Part shown: positions 37,683 through 49,367 of the stretch, piece by piece
Position numbering within the stretch: position 1 is the stretch's first letter
Layout of the letters: every line of letters begins with the position of its first letter
DNA from: Nitrospinales bacterium
Lineage (GTDB): Bacteria; Nitrospinota; Nitrospinia; Nitrospinales; VA-1
NCBI GenBank assembly: GCA_965223795.1
Contig: CBDCXL010000001.1
Location: 576,001 to 640,000, forward strand
Direction of reading: 5' to 3'
DNA: 64,000 nt
Notes under the pieces: generated by a model
Told to the model about the DNA's origin: nothing
Database searches by the model: none
Seen by the model: only the letters and a program-made list of their open reading frames with translations
Program-made: the position numbers and the translations under genes

Positions 37683-38105
37683 CTAATCGCAGAATTTATC
37701 GATCTGTTCCTCGATCCGGTCCAGGTTGGCCGTGTAATCGCCGCAGGAGAGATCCATCGGCGGCATCCTCCAGGGATCGCGCGGGCCCCGGCGATCGCGG
37801 CGCTCTTCTTCCCATTCGTCCCAGCGTTCATCGTTGTACTCGCGGCAATCGTCGTACGCCCGTTCGATCTGCTCCTTGAGCATTTTGAGGCCGCGGCAGG
37901 CGGCGGCGCTGGAACGGGGACTTTTGCTGAATTTCCGCGGCACGGAACGGGTGCCGCACAGTTCGAGAATTTCCGTTTTGGAAAATCCGGAATCCAGCAG
38001 GCGGTTGAGCAGCTTTTCGGAACAGTCCGCGAACGCCGGCGCGGGAAACAGCCAGACTACGAAGGGAAGGAGGTACAGCATGCGGATCGGTGTGCGGCTT
38101 TTCAT
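37683..38105 (-). CDS. Hypothetical secreted Cys-containing protein
   Basis: Signal peptide ending APAFA; six Cys in the mature part. Confidence 0.6.
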   Translation of the reverse strand: MKSRTPIRMLYLLPFVVWLFPAPAFADCSEKLLNRLLDSGFSKTEILELCGTRSVPRKFSKSPRSSAAACRGLKMLKEQIERAYDDCREYNDERWDEWEEERRDRRGPRDPWRMPPMDLSCGDYTANLDRIEEQIDKFCD

Positions 38106-38464
38106 GGTCTGCCTTTTTGTTGAACGTGGCTCCCGGCGCGGCGACGCATCGGCCCGGCCGGGCGCATGGGTTGCGGTTTTTTTTAACGTGCCCTCATCTT
38201 ACCAGCAATCGCGGTGCGGCGGATACGACCGATTTGGCATGTCCCGCGGTGTTCGCGGGTTGCCTCGCAATCCGGGCACCTCTTTGATTTATTGATGAGT
38301 GCCGCCACACCCGAACACAGCCTGCCCGCATGAGGGCAAGACTCGTATAATATAGGGGAGCCCGGTCGGGGTTCGCTGCCGGCAGAACCGGACACCGGCG
38401 GGCGCGTCTTCGGGCAGACGGGTTCGGATGAAACGGCACACAATATTCATTGAGGAGGCACTCC

Positions 38465-38674
38465 ATGAACACAAAACGACGCATTCACGACGGCATCGCC
38501 GGCGCGGTCATCGTGGCCGGAGTCGCGCTCGGTCACTGGGTTCACCCCTACTGGCTGTGGGTCCCGGGACTGCTGGGGCTGACGCTGTTGCAGAGCGGGT
38601 TCACCGGATTCTGCCCGCTGTATTGCATTCTCGACCGCACCTGCGCAGAGGAGCCCGCGCATGACCACGGATGA
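38465..38674 (+). CDS. DUF2892 (YgaP-like) membrane protein
   Basis: LLQSGFTGFCPL motif; RBS GAGGAGG. Confidence 0.88.
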   Translation: MNTKRRIHDGIAGAVIVAGVALGHWVHPYWLWVPGLLGLTLLQSGFTGFCPLYCILDRTCAEEPAHDHG

Positions 38675-38933
38675 GGTTCTGGAACGATACGGCGAGGTCC
38701 CCCTGTACTTTGCGCACTACTACAATTTTCTCTTCATCTTCAAAAGCAAGCCGCTGGAAAACGGAGACCGGATCTTTCTGCAGATGGGCGGCAACATGGA
38801 AATGGTGTCGGCGATGGTGGTGGACGCGGAGGAACCCGTGACGCTGGAGGAAATGACCGAGCACGATTACGCCTACATCAAAGACAAGGACAATCAGGTC
38901 ATCTGGAAAGACGGGGAGCCGAAAGCAGACTGA
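38661..38933 (+). CDS. Hypothetical acidic protein
   Basis: Overlaps the upstream gene; RBS GAGGAG; typical codon usage. Confidence 0.7.
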   Translation: MTTDEVLERYGEVPLYFAHYYNFLFIFKSKPLENGDRIFLQMGGNMEMVSAMVVDAEEPVTLEEMTEHDYAYIKDKDNQVIWKDGEPKAD

Positions 38934-39271
38934 CTCCCCCGGCGCATCGCGCAACGGCCTCGTCTGCGCGCGTCCGGAAAGGAGGCCTCCCGCACGCATT
39001 GCGCCCGGCGCCGCCCCTGCCCTTTTTCCGCTCAATTGACGCCCTTCCCTTTTTTTGACCCTCCGCTTGAATTTCCCGCCTGAAATCCCGGCAAACCGAA
39101 TTCCCGTTTTTTCAGTCCATTTGGGCCATACCCGTTTAAACCCCGCCCACCGTGCTTCTTTCCCGCCCTGTCCGTCATGAAATCGTGACCCAATCTCCCT
39201 CAAACCGACATTTAGCAATGGCATCCTGAAACCTGAGAAACAGTGCGGTTATTGACTCACTCAGGATTGCC

Positions 39272-40351
39272 ATGCAGCGAATTCTCCATTTATCCGATGC
39301 CCAGGACTGGCATGATGTTCTGTCCCGCCTCAACGTGGACGACGTGTATTTTCTGCCCGAGTACCTGCGCGTGAATGAGTGGGTGACCGCGGGCCAGGCC
39401 GAGTGCTTCGTGTTCGAGAACGCATCCGGCGTGGCGTTGTACCCCTACGTCAAGCGGCACATTCCCGGCACGGAGCTTTATGACATTACGTCCGCCTATG
39501 GATTCGGCGGCTGCCTGATGACGCCGGACAGCCAGCTCGCGCTGGATTTCAACGCGGCTTTCAAAAATCACTGCCGGGAATCGGGCATCGTCAGCGAATT
39601 CATCCGGTTTCATCCCCTGCTCAAAAATCACGCCCTGCTGGACGACGCAACCCTGCATATCGAGAATCACCATCAGACAGTGCGCGCCCATTTTCCCAAC
39701 GGCGTTTCCGACCTCGACGGGATGGTGACCAAAGAAGCCCGCAAGAAAATCCGCAAAGCGGAGAAAAAAGGCGTCGAGGTGGTTATCGATACCGGCATGG
39801 AGCACTACGCGGCGTTCATGGAGCTTTACGACCGCACGATGAATCACAAGAACGCGACGCAGTTTTATTTTTTCGATGCCCGCTACTTCCACCAGATGCG
39901 CGAGCTGCTGCGCGACCGCCTGTGCCTGCTGGTTGCGTTCTATCAGGGGAAACTGGTCGGCGGGCTGCTGCTGTTTCACTGCGGTGAATTCACCTACAAT
40001 CACCTTTCAGGCTCGGACTACGACCACCGCAACCTCGGCGTCAACGACATCCTGCAATACAAAGCGATGGAATGGGCGGCAGAGCGGGGATGCAGACACT
40101 ACCTGCTGGGCGGGGGGATGAGCGGGGAGGATTCCCTGTTTCAGTTCAAAGCCAAGTTCTCGCCGGACAGGGAGGATTACCACGTCGGCAAACGCATCCA
40201 CCTGCGCGAAACCTACGACATGCTGTGCCGGAAAAAAATCAGGGATGAAGGGAGCAGCCCGAAGGAGTTTCTGGAACGCGACTGGTTTCCGTTGTATCGC
40301 AGCGAACCGCCGAAGAAAGCGCCCGTCTCACAGCCCGCCGCCGTCAAGTGA
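39272..40351 (+). CDS. GNAT/FemAB-like acyltransferase
   Basis: DVYF.PEY, DITS.YG.GG, SEFIRFHPL, FYFF...YF, LGGG...DSL.QFK.KF. Confidence 0.88.
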   Translation: MQRILHLSDAQDWHDVLSRLNVDDVYFLPEYLRVNEWVTAGQAECFVFENASGVALYPYVKRHIPGTELYDITSAYGFGGCLMTPDSQLALDFNAAFKNHCRESGIVSEFIRFHPLLKNHALLDDATLHIENHHQTVRAHFPNGVSDLDGMVTKEARKKIRKAEKKGVEVVIDTGMEHYAAFMELYDRTMNHKNATQFYFFDARYFHQMRELLRDRLCLLVAFYQGKLVGGLLLFHCGEFTYNHLSGSDYDHRNLGVNDILQYKAMEWAAERGCRHYLLGGGMSGEDSLFQFKAKFSPDREDYHVGKRIHLRETYDMLCRKKIRDEGSSPKEFLERDWFPLYRSEPPKKAPVSQPAAVK

Positions 40352-40393
40352 CGTCAGCAATCGCCCGTCACCCGTATTGACTTCCGCAGATAT

Positions 40394-40657
40394 CTAATAC
40401 GGGCAGACGTGGTTGATGAAAAATCCGAACCCGCTCACAAAAAACAGGCCCAATAGAGAGAGGAGCACCCACTGGGTGCGGACAAACTCTCCAAGTCCCG
40501 CCTCTGCTTTGCGCGCCGAGGAGTTGAGGACGACCGTGTTGCCACGGTGAGTCGCCACGGCGGCGTTTTCCTTGAATATCGCCCAGAGAAACAGCACGGC
40601 TCCGGAATAAGCGGCAGCGGAAAATGCGGCGAGAAGTGCGAATGTGGACGGGTCCAT
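40394..40657 (-). CDS. Small two-TM hypothetical membrane protein
   Basis: Two hydrophobic segments; RBS AGGGG. Confidence 0.5.
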   Translation of the reverse strand: MDPSTFALLAAFSAAAYSGAVLFLWAIFKENAAVATHRGNTVVLNSSARKAEAGLGEFVRTQWVLLSLLGLFFVSGFGFFINHVCPY

Positions 40658-40961
40658 GAGCGTTCCCCTGTTTGTGGAAAGACCAATGCCTGTGCAGTGC
40701 GACGGAATTCAGAATCCGAAGACGACGATCCCCCAGGAGACCGCCGCGTAGATCACGCACAGGACGCAGGCGAAAAAGGGCTTTTTGTAAATGTCGGTCA
40801 GCCGGTTCATGCCAACAGTATAATCCCTTCCCGCACACCGCGCAACTGGTGCACACCTCCTTAAAAATCAACCGGGTTCCAGTCTCAATGCGAAACGGAA
40901 ACCCGGTTGTCAACCAGACAGGGAATCCTATTCACCTCAAATAAGGAGATGACTTTTCGGC

Positions 40962-41357
40962 CTATCTCATGAAAACACCACCACTCCACGGACGGTTGAG
41001 CCAGGGCTGATTTCCGCCCGTTTTGACGTGCCCGTCTTTGCACCTCTGCTCGGGAGAACCGGGAGTCCGCCTGCACTCGGTTCCACCCCAAGGCCCCTGG
41101 CACCAGCCATCGCTGGAATACGTTCCTTTTTTGCCTTTATTGGGACCGCTGACAACAGTACAGGGTGTTCCCGCTTTTCCGGAGCCACTGCCCTGCTGCT
41201 GTTGCATCAACATCGTGGAACCTTTTTGCGTGGACGGCTTGTTGAACGGATTGAGCCTCTTTCCGGAGTTGAAACTCAGCGCTTCGCTGTTTCCGGTCAA
41301 GACGGCGGTAAAACAAATGGCTAACAACATCATGGACAAACGTGTGAACGACTTCAT
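40962..41357 (-). CDS. Small secreted Gly/Cys/Trp-rich basic protein
   Basis: RBS AGGAGG; signal peptide; four Cys in the mature part. Confidence 0.75.
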   Translation of the reverse strand: MKSFTRLSMMLLAICFTAVLTGNSEALSFNSGKRLNPFNKPSTQKGSTMLMQQQQGSGSGKAGTPCTVVSGPNKGKKGTYSSDGWCQGPWGGTECRRTPGSPEQRCKDGHVKTGGNQPWLNRPWSGGVFMR

Positions 41358-41438
41358 TTTTTACCTCCTTAATGAGTTATGAATTGAAAATAGTTTTTAT
41401 TCAGCTCAATAAGGGGGTTATTGGCCGCAACTTAAAAA

Positions 41439-41454
41439 TGCAATCAACATGCCA
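41439..41454 (-). promoter_or_regulatory. Sigma54 -24/-12 promoter
   Basis: Minus strand TGGCATGTTGATTGCA, near consensus. Confidence 0.7.
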
Positions 41455-41738
41455 ATATTTTGACGACAACTTAGTATTTATTTTTCAATAATATGGTTGA
41501 AGCGAGTCATTTTTTCCGCCGCGTGTGCGCGCATGGTCCATGCGGGCAACCGTGCATCCATCGGCCTTAACCGGCAAAGAAAAAGGCTCTCCGGAAAAAT
41601 TCCAGAGAGCCTTTTCGGGCGGTTTTTTGCCAATCCAGACAAGAGCGCGCAACCATGCTGTGTTTTATTTTACTTCAACGCTTTCGACGCACTCCCATTG
41701 CAGAACGACAGAGAAACGGTGTCAGGCCGGCTGTACGC

Positions 41739-43223
41739 TCACCCTTTGTCCTGGCGCACGTAAATTTTGCCGCCGATGTTCAAAAAACCGATGTGCTCTT
41801 CGGATTTTTTGCTTTTGGGCCAGAACACCCGGTTGTGATAAGGGAAAAACGCGATTTTCTCGGGCTCGCCATCGTCCGGCCTGAGTTCCAGGGTGTAGCC
41901 GGAAATGCGGTAGCTCCCCTCTCCCCGGCTGCTGCTGCCGCGGTTGCCGACGCCCGCGGGCGCGTTCGCGACCACGCCGGATGACGCCGAGGTGCTGTAG
42001 CGGCCGTTTGGCTCCAGCCGGATCGTTTTGGATTTGATCGCGACGACGCCGACGCCCACCGCGCCGCCGCTTCGTTTGAAAACACCCTCGATCGTGGTCC
42101 CCTCCGGCAAGGGCGCCACGTAGCGATAGGGCTTGCCCTTGATCTGGATGCTGCGCCCATCCGTCTCGAGCTTTTTTTTATCCAGATATTTGAAGTCATC
42201 GTCGAAATAACCGCTCACGGTGAGCGCGTTCAGATGATAGCGGGGCGTTTCCGCATAGATGATTTTGTTTTCGTCATTGAGCAGAGCGGACGGTTTGCCC
42301 GTTCTGGCAATCACAGGCTGGGCTTTGTCGACGGCAAAATAAGCCGGATACACCGCTTTCGCCCTGCGGTACAGATCGGGATGCTCCTTGCGGAACGGAC
42401 TGGCTTTTTTTGCGAAATAGCCGGGGATGTTGCGGCAAAATTCCGGGTCCTCCTCAAGGAGCCGCTTGGCGAATGCGGGAATGAGCGGCTTGAGTTTTTC
42501 GATCCGCTGCGCGTACTCGACCTCAACCAGCCGGGTCATTGCGTGCAGTTCATTTTCACGGGAGTAGGCGTCCCAGGCTCTGGTGTTGGCGGCTTTGGTA
42601 TTGCGGAATGTCTTCCCGCACTGTTTCACCGTCGTGCGGAACACCGAGGCCGTCGTGTAGATATCGAGAATTTTTTTCTCGGAATCCGGGTTCAGACCGG
42701 ATTCGACGGACGAGGATGCGGTATTTGCGGGGGGCGATGGAACCTGAGAAGCCGCCGCGCCGGAAGGTGCGCGCAAGGCGTCGAAGGCCGATCCCAGATT
42801 GGGCACACCGGCTTTCGCGACATACTCGTCCAGGATCACGGGCAGAGCCGAACAGGCTTGAGGATTTTTTTTGAACTTTTTGCGCATTGCCGGGATTCCG
42901 ATTTTTTCGAACCTGTCTTTGATCGCCGCCATCAGCGGCGTCCGCTGTGCGGGGTTCGCGTAATGCGCTTCGATGCGTTTAAGCGAATGTTTTTTGGCGA
43001 ATTCCTGCATGACCACTTTGTTGACCGCCTTCCTTTGCGGAGCCACCTCATCGCAGAGGGAATGCATGTTCCTCAGCGCCAGAATATGGGCGTACAGTTT
43101 TTCAAGGGTCAGAGGCGTCTTCGAGGCCGCCTGCAGCTGCACCGGGCTTGACAGCAGCAGGCCCAGCGCAGCGGCGGTGAAGCTCAAGGTTTGTATCCAG
43201 GACGGAGTGCGTTTCGTTTTCAT
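41739..43223 (-). CDS. Hypothetical secreted multidomain protein
   Basis: Signal peptide; two Cys-paired helical segments joined by a PSA-rich linker; C-terminal beta-rich domain (GSYRISGYTLEL). Confidence 0.75.
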   Translation of the reverse strand: MKTKRTPSWIQTLSFTAAALGLLLSSPVQLQAASKTPLTLEKLYAHILALRNMHSLCDEVAPQRKAVNKVVMQEFAKKHSLKRIEAHYANPAQRTPLMAAIKDRFEKIGIPAMRKKFKKNPQACSALPVILDEYVAKAGVPNLGSAFDALRAPSGAAASQVPSPPANTASSSVESGLNPDSEKKILDIYTTASVFRTTVKQCGKTFRNTKAANTRAWDAYSRENELHAMTRLVEVEYAQRIEKLKPLIPAFAKRLLEEDPEFCRNIPGYFAKKASPFRKEHPDLYRRAKAVYPAYFAVDKAQPVIARTGKPSALLNDENKIIYAETPRYHLNALTVSGYFDDDFKYLDKKKLETDGRSIQIKGKPYRYVAPLPEGTTIEGVFKRSGGAVGVGVVAIKSKTIRLEPNGRYSTSASSGVVANAPAGVGNRGSSSRGEGSYRISGYTLELRPDDGEPEKIAFFPYHNRVFWPKSKKSEEHIGFLNIGGKIYVRQDKG

Positions 43224-43478
43224 GGCAATGGATCTTTATAGAGTTGGCCTGACAGAGCGGGACGGGCCCGCTGCGATGGCGTCGTTTTTCATGGTTCCAA
43301 CGAGCTAATCATCTGCACGGGGCAAAGGAAATAAGGTGGATCACAAAATCGTGTGACCCAGGCCGGGTTTCGGGGATGGGATGGCGTGCGGGGCAAAGAT
43401 AAAGGCTCTCCGGAGTCACATATCGAGAGAGCCTTGATGAAATCTGAAAATTTCCGAATCCTGCCGTTACGGGATGTT

Positions 43479-46400
43479 TCAGCCCTGCTCCGCCGCTTCG
43501 CTTTCGATGGCGGGCGCGGATTTTTTGGTTTTTTCGCGCAGCGTCTGCACGGCAACGTAAAAGGCGGGCACCAGCAGGGTGCCGATGATAGCAGAGCCGA
43601 GCATGCCGCCGAAGATCACGGTGCCCAGCGACTTGCGGCTCACCGCCCCGGCTCCGGAGGCGAACACCAGCGGCAGCACGCCGAGGATGAAGGAGATCGC
43701 GGTCATCATCACCGCACGGAACCGAAGCGTCGCGGCCGTCACCGCCGCGTCCAGGATGGACAGGCCCGCCTCCCGCTGCACCTTGGCGAATTCGACGATG
43801 AGGATGGCGTTCTTGGAGGCCATGCCGACCAGCATGATCATACCTATCTGGGCGTATATATTGAGAATGTTGCCGGAGCCGAGCATGATGGTGAGCGCGC
43901 TGACCAGAGCCAGAGGTATGGACAGCAGCACGCCCAGGGGGATGGACCAGCTTTCGTACTGCGCCACCAGGAACAGGTACACGAAAATCAGCGCCAGCAG
44001 AAAAATGAGGGGCAGCTGTGCGCCGGAACGGATTTCCTGATAGGTCATCCCCGACCATTCGAAGCCCATGCCGTCCGGCAGGACGCGTTCGGCAAGCTGC
44101 TCCACGGCCGCGATGGCCTGGCCGGTGCTGAAACCCGGTCCGGGGCTGCCGTTGACCTTGGCCGCCCGGAACACGTTGTAGCGCGTCAGACTTTCCGGCC
44201 CGAGTATGGAGGTGGTGCGTGTCAGCGTGCGCAGCGGCACCATCACGCCGTCGGCGCTCCGTACATAAATGCGGCCGATGTCCTCCCGGTCGTCGCGGAA
44301 GTCCGATTCGGCCTGGATGATCACCCGGTAGACGCGGCCGAATTTGTTGAAGTCGTTGACATAGAGCGATCCCAGCTGGGCCTGCAGACTGTCGAAGATT
44401 TCCGATACGGGCACGCCCAGGGCCTTGGCCTGCAGCCGGTCGATTTCCAGCTCGATCTGCGGGACCTCCGCCGTGAACGTGCTGAACACGTTCTGCAGAT
44501 GCGGATGCTGGTTGGCTTCGAAGATGAATCCGCGCGTCGCTGTCGAGAGTTCCTGCGGATCGCCGCCCCGCTTGTCCTGCAGCTGCAGCTCGAAGCCGCT
44601 GGCGTTTCCCAGACTGCGGATCGGCGGCGGCGTGAAGGCGATGGCGCGCGCGCCGGGGACCTGGCCCATCATGCCCCAGACGCGGCCCAACAGGGCGTCG
44701 CTGGAAAGACCGGGCGCCGTCCGTTCCTCCCAGGGCTTGAGCACGCAGATCACGGTTCCGGAGTTCGGCTTGACCCCGCTGATCAGTCCGGTGCCGATCA
44801 GGGCCACGATGTTTTCCACGCCCGGCAGCGATTTCATGAGCGCCTCGACCTGACGGATCACCCCGTCGGTGCGGTTCAACGCCGCGCCGTCCGGAAGCTG
44901 CACGTCGACGAAGATCACGCCCTGGTCCTCCTGCGGAATGAAGCCGGTGGGCGATGCCTTGAACATCAGGACGCCGCCGCCGGCGAGAACCGCGAACACC
45001 AGGGTGACGAGCACCAGGCGCCGCACCAGTATTTTCACGCCGGACACGTAGCCCTTTGCAACCCGGTCGAACACCGCCTCGAACCAGCGCAGGGCGAACC
45101 AGGGCCGCGGCTGCTCTTGGCGCAGCACGGTGGCGCACAGGGCGGGACTGAGCGTGAGCGCGTTGAGCGAGGACAGGGAAACGGCGATGGCGAGGGTCAC
45201 GGAGAACTGCCGGTACAATTGCCCGGAAATGCCGGTCATGAAGGTGATCGGCACGAACACGGCGAGCAGGACCAGCGTGGTGGCGACGATCGGGCCGGAC
45301 ACTTCGGTCATTGCCTTGCGCGCCGCTTCCTTCGGGGGCATTCCTTCCGCCATATGGCGCTGCACGTTTTCCACCACGACGATGGCGTCGTCCACCACGA
45401 TGCCGATCGCCAGAACCAGCGCGAACAGCGTCAGCGTGTTGATGGTGTAACCCAGCGCCAAAAGCAGCGCAAACGTCCCGATCAGCGATACCGGGATGGC
45501 GAGAGCCGGGATCAGGGTCGCGCGCCAGTCCTGGATGAACACGTACACGACCAGCATGACCAGGGCCAGGGCGATGAACAGGGTCTGCACCAGTTCCGCC
45601 AGCGACCGGTCGATGAATTTGGTGGCATCGTAGGGGATGATGTACTGGACGTCATCGGGAAAGTCCTTCGACAATTCCTGCATCTTTTCCCGGATCCGTT
45701 CGGCGACCTCCAGCGCGTTCGCTTCCGGGAGCTGGTAGATGGCGAAATTGACGGTGGGCGACTGGTTCAGACGGGAAAACGTTTCAAAGGTCTGGGAGCT
45801 CAATTCCACCCGCGCGATGTCGCGCAGGCGCACCACAGAACCGTCGGACTGCGCGCGGATGATGATGTTCTCGAATTCGGATACATCCGAAAGCCGTCCT
45901 TTCGCCTGGATCGTGTACTGGAACTGCTGATCGGGAGCGGACGGGGAGCGCCCCACCTGCCCGGCGGCGGCCTGCAGGTTCTGATCGCGGATGGAGGCGA
46001 CCACGTCGTTGGTGGTGATGCCCAGGTTGACCATCTGATCGGGGTTGAGCCAGATGCGGATCGAATAGTCCAGAGCCCCGAAAATGGCGACCTTGCTGAC
46101 GCCGGGAACGCGGGCCAGCACATCCTTGATGTTGATGGTGATGAAGTTGCTCAAAAACAACTGGTCGTAGGTGCCGTTGGGAGACGAAAACGCGACGATC
46201 TGGAGAAATTCGGGCGACTGTTTCTGCACCGAGATTCCCGAGCGGTTCACTTCTTCCGGCAGGGTCGGGGTGGCCAGGGACACCCGGTTCTGCACATTGA
46301 CGGCGGCCATGTCGGCATTGGTGCCGATCTCAAATGTAATGTCGAGCGTGTAGGTGCCGTTGTCCGTGCTCTTGGAGGACATGTAGATCATGTTCTCGAC

Positions 46401-46616
46401 ACCGTTGACCTGGGCTTCGATGGGCGTGGCGACGGTGCTCTCCACCACAGCGGCGCTGGCGCCGGGATAGGAGGCGGTGACCTGCACCTGCGGCGGCGCG
46501 ATGGGCGGATACAGCGAAACCGGCATCAAGGGAAGGGAAACCAGGCCGGCGATGACGATGACGATGGAGATGACAAACGCGAAGCGGGGCCGTTCGATGA
46601 AAAACTGACTGAACAT
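43479..46616 (-). CDS. RND efflux permease (HAE1/AcrB family)
   Basis: [50 protein letters not shown]; 1045 aa. Confidence 0.97.
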   Translation of the reverse strand: MFSQFFIERPRFAFVISIVIVIAGLVSLPLMPVSLYPPIAPPQVQVTASYPGASAAVVESTVATPIEAQVNGVENMIYMSSKSTDNGTYTLDITFEIGTNADMAAVNVQNRVSLATPTLPEEVNRSGISVQKQSPEFLQIVAFSSPNGTYDQLFLSNFITINIKDVLARVPGVSKVAIFGALDYSIRIWLNPDQMVNLGITTNDVVASIRDQNLQAAAGQVGRSPSAPDQQFQYTIQAKGRLSDVSEFENIIIRAQSDGSVVRLRDIARVELSSQTFETFSRLNQSPTVNFAIYQLPEANALEVAERIREKMQELSKDFPDDVQYIIPYDATKFIDRSLAELVQTLFIALALVMLVVYVFIQDWRATLIPALAIPVSLIGTFALLLALGYTINTLTLFALVLAIGIVVDDAIVVVENVQRHMAEGMPPKEAARKAMTEVSGPIVATTLVLLAVFVPITFMTGISGQLYRQFSVTLAIAVSLSSLNALTLSPALCATVLRQEQPRPWFALRWFEAVFDRVAKGYVSGVKILVRRLVLVTLVFAVLAGGGVLMFKASPTGFIPQEDQGVIFVDVQLPDGAALNRTDGVIRQVEALMKSLPGVENIVALIGTGLISGVKPNSGTVICVLKPWEERTAPGLSSDALLGRVWGMMGQVPGARAIAFTPPPIRSLGNASGFELQLQDKRGGDPQELSTATRGFIFEANQHPHLQNVFSTFTAEVPQIELEIDRLQAKALGVPVSEIFDSLQAQLGSLYVNDFNKFGRVYRVIIQAESDFRDDREDIGRIYVRSADGVMVPLRTLTRTTSILGPESLTRYNVFRAAKVNGSPGPGFSTGQAIAAVEQLAERVLPDGMGFEWSGMTYQEIRSGAQLPLIFLLALIFVYLFLVAQYESWSIPLGVLLSIPLALVSALTIMLGSGNILNIYAQIGMIMLVGMASKNAILIVEFAKVQREAGLSILDAAVTAATLRFRAVMMTAISFILGVLPLVFASGAGAVSRKSLGTVIFGGMLGSAIIGTLLVPAFYVAVQTLREKTKKSAPAIESEAAEQG

Positions 46617-46619
46617 CGC

Positions 46620-47828
46620 TCACCCCTCCGCCGGTGGAGCCGCCGGAGGGGCCTGGGAAATGTTCACCATGACGCCGGGCCGCACTTTTTGCAGTCCTTC
46701 GGAAATCACCCGCTCGCCGACTTCCAGCCCTTCGCGGACGATCACGTTGACTTCGTGCTTGTCCCCCAGCGTGACGTAGCGTTTCTGCACCCGGTTTTCC
46801 GCGTCCACCACCAGCGCGAACGCGCCTGCCTGATCCTGCTGGATGGCGATCTGGGGAATCACTTTTTCGCTCTTGATGTCGTCCCGTTTCACCAGCACCT
46901 TCACAAACTGGCCGGGCAGCAGCAGCCGCAGGTTGTGCGGGATGTTGGCCTTGCCCGGCAGCACGTTCTGCCCCTGGTTCGGGAACACGGCGCGGATAGT
47001 GATGGTGCCGGTTTTTTCATCGACGGTGTGGCTGACGAAATCCTCGACGCCTTCGAACGGATACTGGGTTCCGTTGGGCAGCTCGATCCTGGGAATGAAG
47101 GTGGTGGCTTTGCCTTTTTTGATCTGGTTCTGGAACTCGGTGAGGACCGCCGCGGAACTCACGGTGAACAGGACATAAATGGGGTCCATCTGCACGATGG
47201 TCGCCAGCGTCCCGGTGTCCGGCCCCACCAGGTTGCCTTCGTTGATGGAAACCCGGCCGATGCGCCCATCGAAGGGAGCGCGGATCTCGGTGTAACTGAG
47301 ATTCAGCTTCGCCTGATCCAGCTTGGCCTGCGCGTTCTTCACCTGGGCCAGGGCGCGCTGATGATCGCTTTTGGCCTTGTCGAGATCGGACTGCGACACG
47401 CCGCCCTTGCGCACGCCCTTGAGGCGCTTCAGATAAGACGCCGCGTTGTCCAGCGTGGCCTGGGCGTCGGCGAGGTTGGCCTCCGCCGCCTTGACTTCGA
47501 TCTTGTAGGGTGCCGGCTCGATCACGAACAAGAGCTGGCCCTTTTCGATGTCCTCGCCTTCCTTGAAATTGCGCGATTCCAGATAGCCTGTGACCCTCGC
47601 CACCAGGTTGACCGTTTTCTGCGCCGCTGTGCGGCCCACCAGCTCATAGGTGGTGGTGACTTCCTTTTCCAGGACCGGAGTGACGCGCACCGCCGGAGGC
47701 GGCCGTTTTTCGGGCGCCGCCGCGCCGCTTTGCTGGCTCTTGCAGCCGGCCGCCAGCAGCAGCAGGACCAGCAGCAGAGAAAAATTCCATCTAGATGGGT
47801 ATAAAACCATTTTCATTGTTTCCAGCAC
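46620..47828 (-). CDS. RND periplasmic adaptor (MFP) lipoprotein
   Basis: Lipobox AAGC; ARVTGYL....F.EG, IRAPFDGRIG, TGTI.IRAVFPN, LLPGQFV. Confidence 0.95.
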   Translation of the reverse strand: MLETMKMVLYPSRWNFSLLLVLLLLAAGCKSQQSGAAAPEKRPPPAVRVTPVLEKEVTTTYELVGRTAAQKTVNLVARVTGYLESRNFKEGEDIEKGQLLFVIEPAPYKIEVKAAEANLADAQATLDNAASYLKRLKGVRKGGVSQSDLDKAKSDHQRALAQVKNAQAKLDQAKLNLSYTEIRAPFDGRIGRVSINEGNLVGPDTGTLATIVQMDPIYVLFTVSSAAVLTEFQNQIKKGKATTFIPRIELPNGTQYPFEGVEDFVSHTVDEKTGTITIRAVFPNQGQNVLPGKANIPHNLRLLLPGQFVKVLVKRDDIKSEKVIPQIAIQQDQAGAFALVVDAENRVQKRYVTLGDKHEVNVIVREGLEVGERVISEGLQKVRPGVMVNISQAPPAAPPAEG

Positions 47829-49367
47829 TCAGGATTTGGGAACGCTCTTCTCCACCTTTTCCGCGCTTTCCACCCCGCCCCCCATAAAAGGATCCCAGCC
47901 GCCGCCCAGCGCTTTGTACAGGCGGATCAGGTTCGAGGTGACGGCGGCTTCGCTGACCGCCAGTTGATCCTGAAAGCTGAACAAGGAGCGCTCCGCTTCC
48001 AGCACGCCGATGAAATCGGACAGTCCGGCCGTGTACAGCTCGCGCGCCAATTCGGCGGCTTTTTCCGCCGACTCGGTGGATTTGAGCAGGGATCTGCGGC
48101 GGACCTGCTCGTCGGCATAGGCGATCAGGGCGTTCTCGACGTCCTGCACCGCGGTCAGGACCGACGCTTCATACTGGATCAGCGCCTGCTCCTGGATGGC
48201 GTCCTCCACCTTGATGTTCTGGCGGATGCGGCCGGCGTCGAACACGTTCCAGGTGATCTGCGGGCCGATCTGAAACACCGAGGCGGGACCGGTGAACAGG
48301 CTGCCCGCGGACAGCGATTCCAGCCCCACGGAACCGAACAGGGTCAATTTAGGATATAACTCGGCGGTGGCGACACCCACCCGCGCGGTCTGCGCCGCCA
48401 GTTCGCGCTCCGCGCGCCGCACATCGGGACGGCGGCGCAACAGCTCGGCAGGCAGCCCGACCGCCACCTCCACCGGCGTGACGGGGATGGCGCGGTATTC
48501 TTCCAGTTCTTCGCTCAAGGCTCCGGGGAATTCGCCGAGCAGCACGGCGAGATTGTTTTTGCCCTGCTCGATGCCGGTGCGGAGCGAGGGGATCTCGGCT
48601 TTGGTGCTCTCCAGGTTGTACTTGGCCTGTTCGAGCGTCAACGCCGTGGTCAGTCCCGAAGCCAGCCGATCCTTGACGATCTGGTAGGTCTCTTCCTGGG
48701 CTTTCTGGTTTTTGACAGCGGCTTCCAGCCGCGCCTGGAAGGAACGGATCTCCATGTAGTTCAGCGCCACTTCCGCCACCAGGGTGACGAGGGTGTCGCT
48801 CAAAGCCTCTTCCTGCGCTTCGACGGAAGCCTGGGCCGATTCCACGGCGCGGCGCTTGCCGCCGAAGATGTCCACCTCCCAGCTGGCGTCGAAGCCGGTG
48901 GCGTAGAGATCGCTTTCGCCGCCGGGGCCGGTCTTTTCACTGGAGCCGATCTTGGTCACGGAGGCGTCGGTGTCGATGGTCGGAAACCGGTCCGCCCGGG
49001 CGATGCCCCTGCGGGCGCGTTCTTCCTTGACGCGCGACTGCGCCAGCTTGAGATCGAGGTTGCCCTGCACCGCCCGCTGGATCAATTTGGTCAACAGCGG
49101 ATCTTCCAGGGTTTCCCACCACACCGGCAGCATCTCCGGCGGCACCTGCTTGGCCGGTATGAACGGCTCGGAGGCTTTTGCTTCCGGCTTCGAACCGGCG
49201 GGGAATTTCTCAGGAACGTTCTTTTCGGCGGCCTTGAACTCTTTGGGCATTCTGGGGTCGGGATCGGGCGGAATGTAATCCGGACCGACCGTGGCGCACC
49301 CGGCAAAGCCGAAGAAAAGGACGTACACGGGCAGGAGGCGAACCCATCTGTCTCGACGATCGTGCAT
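47829..49367 (-). CDS. Outer-membrane efflux lipoprotein (NodT/OprM family)
   Basis: FAGCATVGPDY, ASWEVDIFG, LLRRRPDVRRAER.LAA, LYKALGGGW. Confidence 0.95.
   Translation of the reverse strand: MHDRRDRWVRLLPVYVLFFGFAGCATVGPDYIPPDPDPRMPKEFKAAEKNVPEKFPAGSKPEAKASEPFIPAKQVPPEMLPVWWETLEDPLLTKLIQRAVQGNLDLKLAQSRVKEERARRGIARADRFPTIDTDASVTKIGSSEKTGPGGESDLYATGFDASWEVDIFGGKRRAVESAQASVEAQEEALSDTLVTLVAEVALNYMEIRSFQARLEAAVKNQKAQEETYQIVKDRLASGLTTALTLEQAKYNLESTKAEIPSLRTGIEQGKNNLAVLLGEFPGALSEELEEYRAIPVTPVEVAVGLPAELLRRRPDVRRAERELAAQTARVGVATAELYPKLTLFGSVGLESLSAGSLFTGPASVFQIGPQITWNVFDAGRIRQNIKVEDAIQEQALIQYEASVLTAVQDVENALIAYADEQVRRRSLLKSTESAEKAAELARELYTAGLSDFIGVLEAERSLFSFQDQLAVSEAAVTSNLIRLYKALGGGWDPFMGGGVESAEKVEKSVPKS

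Noticed and set aside
43353..47804. 1483-aa ORF on the plus strand
   Set aside because: Antisense shadow of the RND permease and adaptor; expected from GC3-biased codons, no motifs
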